Assembly (NCBI GenBank): GCA_002104905.1
Contig: MCFE01000533.1
Location: 1 to 61,650, forward strand
DNA from: Basidiobolus meristosporus CBS 931.73
Lineage: Eukaryota; Fungi; Basidiobolomycota
Reading direction: 5' to 3'
DNA length: 61,650 bases
Part shown: positions 49,713-57,618 of the stretch, one piece after another
How positions within the stretch are numbered: the first letter of the stretch is position 1
Layout: every line of letters starts with the position of its first letter
Notes under the pieces: generated by a model
The model's database searches: none
What the model saw: only the letters and a program-made list of their open reading frames with translations
What the model was told of the DNA's origin: nothing
Program-made: the position numbers and the translations under genes

Positions 49713-52562
49713 CTAGAACCTCTCTAATAAGTAGTCTAATTTATGTTTTGTTTCATCTCTAATGTTTGTTTCAATAAAGTAGAGCTCATCAGGGGTAAAT
49801 ATAAAATTCAAGGGTTTTGGGGGAAGTACAAATTGTAGATGTTTCTGATCAATATAATCTAAGACTGGAACCCAGCCTAGGATTAGGTGTAGTAGGAAAG
49901 GTGTGTGGACTTGTAAGTAGTGCTGCCACATAGATCTTAGATGGTCCTGAGCCAGTAGTCTTGGTTTCTCAGCTTTTTGAAGTTTTGAAGCAAGCTCTGT
50001 TACTACAGCAGAGCCTACCAGGGCATGCCAGCAAGAAGATTTTAGGGAGGAGTTAGATTTAAGCCATTGTTTGATGGAGGGGTTATGTGATTTCTGAAGT
50101 TTCACTAGGAAGGAAGCACAGAGATAGACCATTTGGATTTGGTATGGGTAGAACCCAAAGGCTCCATTAGTTGCATGGATATAGGGAGATACTGGAAGAT
50201 ACGGTACCAAGGATCTGATACACTGATGGATAAATTTATCCAGGTGGTGAAGTTCTCTGGAGGTTAGGGGTATAATGTGGAGACCAAATTCAAGTACTGG
50301 TAGTACATACTGCTTCAGAAGTATAGGGATCTTTTGAATTGGAGTTTCCGGAGTGACTACTACCAGAAGCTTTTTAAGAGCCTGTTGGGCAAGACAGATC
50401 CTATTATTCAGGTGGAGCTTTGAGTCAATCCCATATTGACAAAATGGCAGACCCAGATATATTGCTGTTTGCTGTGGCAGAATGCTAGTGTTCTGTATAG
50501 TTGTAGTGCACCCAATTGGGACTGTCTTGGAAATTGAGAGTGAGAGGTTGTTGGCAGCCAAGTACTTCTCAATAATGGCAGTGTCTGTTATGGGATTAGG
50601 AGTTGCAATCTTGATATCATCTGCATAGAGAGTTAGTAGTGGATAGGGAGAGTCTGGTGAGGGGCCTTTTGGAAATAAAGGAAAGTCATGCAGAAATATC
50701 ACAAATAGTAAGGGACCTAGTACAGATCCTTGGACTACACCATTTGGAACCTCATAAGTCTCTGATGTGCCACTTAGATGCAAAATTTTGGCTGAGTTCT
50801 TACAAAATAGAGAACGTACAAGAAGGGTCATTGGCAGTGTGGTAACTGCTAACAGCTTTCTCCAAAGCAGGGCTCTGTCAACAGAGTCAAAGGCTTTAGT
50901 AATGGCAAACAGAATGGTTGGCAATGAGAATTGAAGTGAATGATCATGGCTTAGCACTACAGCCATATCCAAGGAGAGTTTGGGCAAGAAACCAAACTGA
51001 GAAGGATGGAATGGATATAGTGGAGATTGCAAGGATCTTGCTATTATAAGCTCAAAGATTTTCTGGCATGTTGGTAGGAGTGAAACTGGCTGGTAACAAC
51101 CTGGGAGTGAGTGTTTCCCCTTCCCTTTGTATAAGGGTATTACATTTGCCTGTGACCAGGGCTTTGGGGTAGTCAATTGTTGGGCACGGATAGAGTGGAA
51201 TGGGAGAAGTAAGTGACTCATTTTGGAGTAGCACACCCAGAGTAGATCATAGGTAATCAAGTCATGTCCAGGTGCAGTATGTGCAGGAAGCTTCTTTAAA
51301 GTTTTCTCCAGAAGCTTGGCTGAAATCAGAATTGGAGATGTTGGACTGCTGGATATGTTACCAGTATGATAGAAAGGAGGAGTGGGATGCATGGATGAAT
51401 CAAAGAAAATAGGGGCCAGTTTGTCTGGTGATGGTATACTCCTTACTTGGGGTCTCATGGCTTTGTATACTCTTGATATGGACCTTGTGGTGGCATTCAT
51501 ATTTACCAAGGGCAAGGTATCCATGATATGAGCCCATAATCTAGTATGCTTAGGGATCTGTAGTGACTTGGAGTAGGAGATTGTGCTTTCCAGGAGGTTC
51601 TGTGTTTTTGGGTTAGGGAAACATAGGTAGCTGGAATTTAAGGCAGAAATGATGGATTTCCATTTAAGCTGGTTTGCACATGGCTTTTGGTAGGACTTGG
51701 TGGGTAGGGCCAGACAGCCAGTGATTATGATGAAATGCTGGTAAAATAGCCATAATGCATTTATACCAATACAAATCCATGCAGGTAAGCTGGGAAATGC
51801 ATATTCTGTAAGCAAGGATAGGTAGTTGGCAAAGTCCTGCATCTGTGATACTGAAGCTTTGGCAGGCAGGATTGTCAATGGCTGAAGAAGGGTGCCAATT
51901 GGTAGGGTTTTTCTAGCAGAAATGATAATATGTATTGGCTTGTGATCAGATTTCTCTAGTGAACCACCGCTGATATCCTCTGGAATGCTTGTAACCTGGT
52001 GGATGTACTGTAAGGCAGCTGGAGTAGCTGTTACCCAGTCAACACAACAATGGGCTTGCTGAGTGTTTAGAGTTACCAGATGGTTTTGTTGGAGAAACTT
52101 TTTAAAGTGCTGCTCTTGGGTTCTAAGTCTGGATGAAATAGTGGTGATATTTTCAGGATGGGGAATATTTATATCTCCCACTAACATACAAGGGATTGAT
52201 GAGCTGTTAGTGAACTCTGATATGGCCAAGAAAATTGCCAGTGTTATGGAGTTAGACAGAGATGGAGGGAGATAGACAGTAATGGCTACTATAGTTGGAA
52301 GTGTTAGAGCATAACAGTAATACTCATAGATGATGGATACATTTGTTGAGGGTGCAAGCTTAGAAGATGAAAGAGCAATGAGTGCCATTGAGTGAGCTGG
52401 AAATTTTGGGTGAGCAGCTGAATATGCATTCAGTCTAGAGGGAAGTTTTGGCAACTTAACATCAATTAGTAGGAGCAAGGAATATTCCTTTTTCAGTAAG
52501 TTTTCTAATTCAGCTACTGTTGGAGTGATGGAGTTGCAATTAAGTAAGAGTATGTTCTGTAG
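49713..52562 (-). CDS. LINE A ORF2: AP endonuclease plus reverse transcriptase (no AUG start; motif-A Asp replaced by Ala)
   Basis: LLLNCNS, VYLPP, VGDINIPH, CVDWV, SDH (APE). PVSLLPT, LFAITKAFDSVDR, GVVQGSVLGPLLF, LYADDI (RT). Confidence 0.9.
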   Translation of the reverse strand, partial: LQNILLLNCNSITPTVAELENLLKKEYSLLLLIDVKLPKLPSRLNAYSAAHPKFPAHSMALIALSSSKLAPSTNVSIIYEYYCYALTLPTIVAITVYLPPSLSNSITLAIFLAISEFTNSSSIPCMLVGDINIPHPENITTISSRLRTQEQHFKKFLQQNHLVTLNTQQAHCCVDWVTATPAALQYIHQVTSIPEDISGGSLEKSDHKPIHIIISARKTLPIGTLLQPLTILPAKASVSQMQDFANYLSLLTEYAFPSLPAWICIGINALWLFYQHFIIITGCLALPTKSYQKPCANQLKWKSIISALNSSYLCFPNPKTQNLLESTISYSKSLQIPKHTRLWAHIMDTLPLVNMNATTRSISRVYKAMRPQVRSIPSPDKLAPIFFDSSMHPTPPFYHTGNISSSPTSPILISAKLLEKTLKKLPAHTAPGHDLITYDLLWVCYSKMSHLLLPFHSIRAQQLTTPKPWSQANVIPLYKGKGKHSLPGCYQPVSLLPTCQKIFELIIARSLQSPLYPFHPSQFGFLPKLSLDMAVVLSHDHSLQFSLPTILFAITKAFDSVDRALLWRKLLAVTTLPMTLLVRSLFCKNSAKILHLSGTSETYEVPNGVVQGSVLGPLLFVIFLHDFPLFPKGPSPDSPYPLLTLYADDIKIATPNPITDTAIIEKYLAANNLSLSISKTVPIGCTTTIQNTSILPQQTAIYLGLPFCQYGIDSKLHLNNRICLAQQALKKLLVVVTPETPIQKIPILLKQYVLPVLEFGLHIIPLTSRELHHLDKFIHQCIRSLVPYLPVSPYIHATNGAFGFYPYQIQMVYLCASFLVKLQKSHNPSIKQWLKSNSSLKSSCWHALVGSAVVTELASKLQKAEKPRLLAQDHLRSMWQHYLQVHTPFLLHLILGWVPVLDYIDQKHLQFVLPPKPLNFIFTPDELYFIETNIRDETKHKLDYLLERF

Positions 52563-53372
52563 TCAGGCAGACTCTGAGGTTGCCTGTTCCTGCTGAAACT
52601 CTTGCACTGCCCTTTGTAAGTTTCCAGAGTTATTCCACAACTCTTCAAATGGAGCTTGTGTAATGTCTTTCAGGATTCTAATTGCTTCCTCTTTCAAGAA
52701 GTAAGCCACATCATAGGTTGGAGCCTGTTTCTTAATGGTAGCAAAGAAAGCCATAATTGCCATGTGAGCTGGGGGCTGGTTGATTATTCCTGGCTCAGTA
52801 TCCATTGCCTCTGGTGGAATGATTGTGAATTTGGTAGGCACCCAGTTTAGATTTTTTGCCAGATACTTAGTTAGTGCAGTGGTGAAGTTTCTGTCTACAA
52901 TCATTTCTAGGATCTTTCCTCTTCTCCAAGCTAGGTTAACAATTTTTGAAGTGTCAATATTTAGAGAGCGGAATGTACGCCTGATGTTTGCTATAGTAGT
53001 CCATGGAACATTGGCAAAGTATAGCAAGGACCAATTCTGGAGCTGAGGTAGGTTTGCTGGAGGCTTATAGGTAGACTTCCTGGCAGGTTGTGTGGTAGGC
53101 TTTGGTGTTTCCAAGGTAGCAAGTTGTGGTTGAGACATTTTAGAATTACATATGACTTTGGAAAAAATTCTGCCAGCAACTGTGTCAGGAATGTTAGTAC
53201 TCATTGATGGTGCAGGGCCTGGCTCCTGGTACTCCTTTTCTAGAATACTTGAGTGTGTCTCTTTTTGTTTTCCTTTATCCAATGTGCTATGCCTTGGAGT
53301 GGGATTTTGAAGAATAGTGACTTCAGGTATCAACTCTGGGGTTTGGTGATTGTCAAACATTGTTGCTTGCAT
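52563..53372 (-). CDS. LINE A ORF1 (gag-like), N-terminus interrupted by a copia LTR
   Basis: Homologous to the ORF1 of LINE C (TYKPPANLP, VPWT.I.NIR, IVNLAWR.GKILE, PPAH.AI..FF..IK.QAP.YDVAYFLK). Confidence 0.8.
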   Translation of the reverse strand: MQATMFDNHQTPELIPEVTILQNPTPRHSTLDKGKQKETHSSILEKEYQEPGPAPSMSTNIPDTVAGRIFSKVICNSKMSQPQLATLETPKPTTQPARKSTYKPPANLPQLQNWSLLYFANVPWTTIANIRRTFRSLNIDTSKIVNLAWRRGKILEMIVDRNFTTALTKYLAKNLNWVPTKFTIIPPEAMDTEPGIINQPPAHMAIMAFFATIKKQAPTYDVAYFLKEEAIRILKDITQAPFEELWNNSGNLQRAVQEFQQEQATSESA

Positions 53373-55254
53373 TGTAAGAGTCTTGGAGATATTGGAAGTG
53401 ATTGGGAGAACAAGTATATTATGTGGTTTTCACTTAATGATTTATTCAATGTAAAAGTAGTATTTATACTTTTACCTGGTCTTGGCATTACAAACACATA
53501 GGATAGGCTAAGGAAGGTCCCAAGAGCATGTGTGAAAAGCTTGGGGCTGTTTGGACAACTTTGAGAATTTTCATGTTTTGGGTAAATATTCTAAGTAAAT
53601 CCCTACAAGGAATTTGGTCAGTATTCTCTAGGATTTAGGGTAATGATCTAAGTGACTAAGTTAGGTGAATATTTAGGTGGAATTACAAGTTTTTACAACA
53701 CTCCCACTCAGCTAAATATTTATACTGACTAGTCCTAATTCTGACCTAAGATATTCAAACTTGTCTCTAGCTAATTGTTTGGTAAATATGTCTGCAATCA
53801 TTTCATCTGTAGGACAGTAAACTAAGCTAACTAAGTTATTCCCTATAGCTTCACGTATGAAATGATGTCTAATATCTATGTGCTTGGTTCTAGCATGAAA
53901 AGTTGGATATCTACCTAATTGTATACATCCTTGATTATCCTGAAATAAAGTAATAGGCGTTTTTTGACATAGGCCTAAATCTGTAAAAAGTTTTCTTAAC
54001 CACATTGCTTCTCTTGTAGCTTCACAGGCTTCCATATACTCTGCCTCTGTAGTAGAAAGTGCTACGGTTGGTTGCTTTCTTGAATTCCATGAAATTGCTC
54101 CTTTACAGTAGAGAAAGGTGTATCCTGTGGTGGATCTTCTGTCTTCCAAATTTTGTCCCCAATCAGCATCAGAGTATCCCACAAGATCCTGTTCTGAATC
54201 CTTATAAGTGTATCTTAAGCAGATATCAGCAGTTCCTTTTAGGTATCTAAAAATTTGCTTAACTGCTGCAATATGATCAAATCCATAGTTCTGATTATGT
54301 TGGCTGACAGCTCCCACTGAATATGAGATATCTGGACGTGTTCCAAGCATGATATACATCAGACTGCCAACCATAGATTGATAAGGAAAGTCTGCTTTCA
54401 GATGGCACCAAGCTCTCTTGATTTGGTTGAGTTTTGACCAAGTTAAGGTTTGTCTCCATTGGGGTAGCTGCCGGTTTACAGTCTTCCATTTTGTACTTCT
54501 TTAGTATATCTTGAATATACTTGGATTGACTTAGGGCAATAGTCTGGGTACTTCTGTCTATGGAGAACTTAATCCCTAAGTAGTAACTAAGTTCTCCTAG
54601 ATTGGACATCTTGAACTCCTTAGATAGGCTGGATTTAGTCTCTTCCAATGTTTCTTGGTTATTGGTGGCTATAATAAGATCATCCACATATAGAGCTAAT
54701 AGAACTGGATTTGCTCTATCTGGCTTATAGTATATACTATAGTCAGCATTACTCCTTCTGAAACTCAAAGATTCCAAATAAGAATCTATCTTGCAATACC
54801 AGGCTCTTGGTGATTGTTTGAGACCATATAGTGACTTTTTAAGCTTGCAGACCAAATGAGGGTTATCTTGGTCAACAAACCTATCAGGCTGGTCCATATA
54901 CACATCCGCATCAAGTTCTCCATTCAAAAAATGCAGTTTTTACATCCATTTGATGAATAAAAAACTTATATTTGGCTGCAATAGCCAATGGTAATCTGAT
55001 GGAATTAAACTTGGTTACCGGTGCAAAGGTCTCAGTATAGTCAAGTCCTTTTGTTTGAGAGTATCCTTTGGCTACAAGTCTTGCTTTGTATCTTTCAATT
55101 GTACCATCAGCCTTGTATTTTGTCTTGAAGACCCATCTGTATCCAATTGATTTTTGGTTGATTGGAAATTTGACCAAGTCCCAAGTTTGATTTTCCATCA
55201 GGGCCTGATATTCCTCAGTCATTGCAGATCTCCAAAACTTTGTCTGAGGGCTAT
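53373..55254 (-). mobile_element. Ty1/copia element fragment: RT, RNase H, PPT and 3' LTR (53372-53700); frameshifted and 5' truncated
   Basis: WRSAMTEE, RWVFKTK...RYKARLVAKGYSQ, HQMDVKTAF, LKKSLYGLKQSPRAW, LYVDDL, GYSDADWG, VALSTTEAEY, RTKHIDIRHHF. PPT AGTGGGAG precedes TGTTG. Confidence 0.92.
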
Positions 55255-55272
55255 TTAGGGTTAGGGTTAGGG
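55255..55272 (+). repeat. Interstitial telomeric repeat (TTAGGG)3
   Basis: Perfect repeats fused directly to the truncated copia RT. Confidence 0.9.
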
Positions 55273-55273
55273 G

Positions 55274-56566
55274 TCTAAATTCTCTTATTGAATCTGATCA
55301 AGTGTAGTAATACTATATCAACTTGATTCAAGTTGAAAAGTGCATATTGTATAAAGAAGATATATCTATAGTAATGTTAAGGTAAAATACTGCTCAAGTT
55401 GAGTTGAGTTCTGAAAAGAAATTTGTCAACAAATCAGGCTAGAAAGTGAAGTAAAGCTGGGAGTTATTTGAAAGCAAAGCACTAAGGGAAAGTGTAGAGC
55501 TATACTACCACTTCCTGAAAGGCAGGGATCTCACAGGAAGGCAGAAGCTCAGGTCTAATTGCAGATATGATAGCAGTGTTGTATCCAAGAGAAAGTGTGA
55601 TAAACTCTTGAATGGTTTAACTGAACCAAAGGGACAATTAAGTGCAGAATCTTAGAATTGTCAGAGAGTGGCGGGAATATTAGCAAAAAGATTCTGATCT
55701 AAAATTGGTCTTGGATATAGCTGGGTTGGCTGTAAAGACAATGATATTTGTTTGCTAGGCAGGCTAGGCTTGGTGTTCTTTGGAGTGCTAGATGTACTAG
55801 GCTTGGATAGAAACTAGAACGGAATTGTTGGATTCTTATTTTTGCTGAGACAGAATCTTAATTTTGTTGAGACACACACTAAACCAAAAGGTTCAGTAAA
55901 CTTTATTTATACTTTTCTGATCAAGTTGAATTAGTAAGCGCCAAGGGACTGGATTGATTGAAATCAATTTGGGTGTTCATAGGTGCATAAGATAAATGAA
56001 AATTACATCATCAATCAACTGATGTCTTGGCAACTGCACAGTGGTTGGATAGATCTCAGATGACTAATCACCTGGGAAGGCTTGGCAGATAGGGTGATAA
56101 CGTAATGATCATTTGAAAATAGATCAGGTGTGATAGCTAAAAATAGATTCTGAGGTGGGATAAAATAAACTGTAACTGGGATTTGTTATGTTTGGGTTAG
56201 GGAAAATCAGTTAGGGTACTAGATTTTCAAACAGAGTAAAATTGGCTAAGTTTTAAATGTTGATGCACAACATCACTTCCTTCCGGAAGAGGAGTTTTTT
56301 GATACCTTCTGGGTTCCTCTGCGGCTACAATACTGATCAATAATGGCAACATCATCAAAGTTGGTGTAAGGTTCCCAGGTGTTGTGTTTGGCATCATAGC
56401 CTTTCCACTTGACTAAATTAAGGCAATTTGGTTCTTCTCCATCATGGTCCACAATAGCTTCAACTTCATAGGATTCCAAAGTTACTGGGTCTTGAGAAAT
56501 GAGTTTGAGTGAAGAAGGTGGAAAGTTTTTGGGTAGCAGTGCTCCAGTGTTATCCTGAAGTACGTA
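55274..56566 (-). mobile_element. Ty3/gypsy chromovirus 3' fragment: integrase chromodomain, PPT and probable 3' LTR
   Basis: YEVEAIVDH...LVKWKGYDAKHNTWEP chromodomain (56273-56479), followed by purine-rich GGAAGGAAGTGA and TGTTG at 56272. The LTR extent is not defined. Confidence 0.7.
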
Positions 56567-57603
56567 AGGGTTAGGGGATGATCATCACCAAAGGGTGAAA
56601 TCTTTATTTAAATAATAAATAAAGAAGCCAAGTTTGAATATGAATATCTGAGATGCAGGAAGCCTACAAGATAAACTTGGACTTTGCTGTATCCCAAATA
56701 TCCTCAATATCAAAGTCTAGAGGAGAGTGTAGCAAGACTGCTTGTTCACTGTAGTATTTCTTGAGGAAGTTTGTGACTTGAAGGGAAGGAGAGTTTTTCA
56801 ACAAGCTGGTAAATCTTTTGAGGAGTTCTTTTTCCAGAGAGAATGGCACAAAGAGTGGAATGTCCAAATGATATCTGAATATATGCTCTGAGAGCTCCCA
56901 ATCCAGCATATTTTTGACTTCTTCTGTAAAATCTTCAACAATATCTTTGTCAAGAATAACTTCCAAGAGATCCCTGGCAATGTACTGAATGTTAATAATC
57001 TTAGGCATATGAATTCCTAGGTCCTTGAGGTAGTTTCTTTGTTCTGATATTGGGAGATATCCTGCATTTCTGAAATAGCAAACAGTCCAGTTGGCAGTAG
57101 GAGGAGTATCAGGGCTGACAGGGAATCTTCTTCTGGCTTTAGAGTGCACTGGCTTAGGAGACTGTCTTGATGGAAGGGCAGCTGGTTTTGGATGAGCTTG
57201 AAGTGCTTGGGAGTAGGTTTGAGTACAAGTAGTAGAAGTTCCTGGTTGCTGAGAATTTTCAGATTGACTGGATGAAGAGCTAATTGATGGGCTGCAAGGT
57301 AAGGAAGAAGCCGAAAGAGAAGTGGAGAGGGCTGGGTGAAGTTCAGAAAGAGTTTTGAAAAGAATTTGGATCTGAGATTTCAACATTGAGTTTTCAGCTT
57401 CAAGAAGTGAAACTCTTTGTTCAAGGTAAGAAGTCTGTAAAGAGTGAAAGTTGGGTAAAGACATGGAAGTAGTAAATAAGAAGAAAGGAGTAGTTGGGGT
57501 GGGAGGGTGGGAAAATAGGTAAGAAGAAAAGAGAGGAAAGATCTGAAATTGAAAATCTCAGAATTTATAGATGGATGGACAAGGGTAGAGGATTGATTAA
57601 TCC
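56567..57603 (-). mobile_element. ORF1-only non-autonomous telomeric retroelement B (ORF 56664-57464, 266 aa)
   Basis: Coiled coil, then a Ser/Pro linker, then a domain homologous to LINE ORF1. No RT. Carries the shared 3' double hairpin and is bounded by AGGGTTAGGG on both sides. Confidence 0.8.
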
Positions 57604-57618
57604 AGGGTTAGGGAAAAA

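Larger units (their letters stand above)
49626..53372 (-). mobile_element. Telomere-associated non-LTR retrotransposon (LINE), copy A: ORF1 plus APE-RT ORF2, 5' truncated
   Basis: ORF1 at 52563-53372 and ORF2 at 49713-52562. Conserved 3' double hairpin at 49640-49702 and a TAGGGG junction. Confidence 0.9.

Noticed and set aside
56575-56630. Hammerhead ribozyme in the shared 3' motif (GATGA...stem...GAAA...stem)
   Set aside because: No conserved CUGANGA core in the four copies and no NUH cleavage triplet after the stem. The resemblance is on the non-sense strand.
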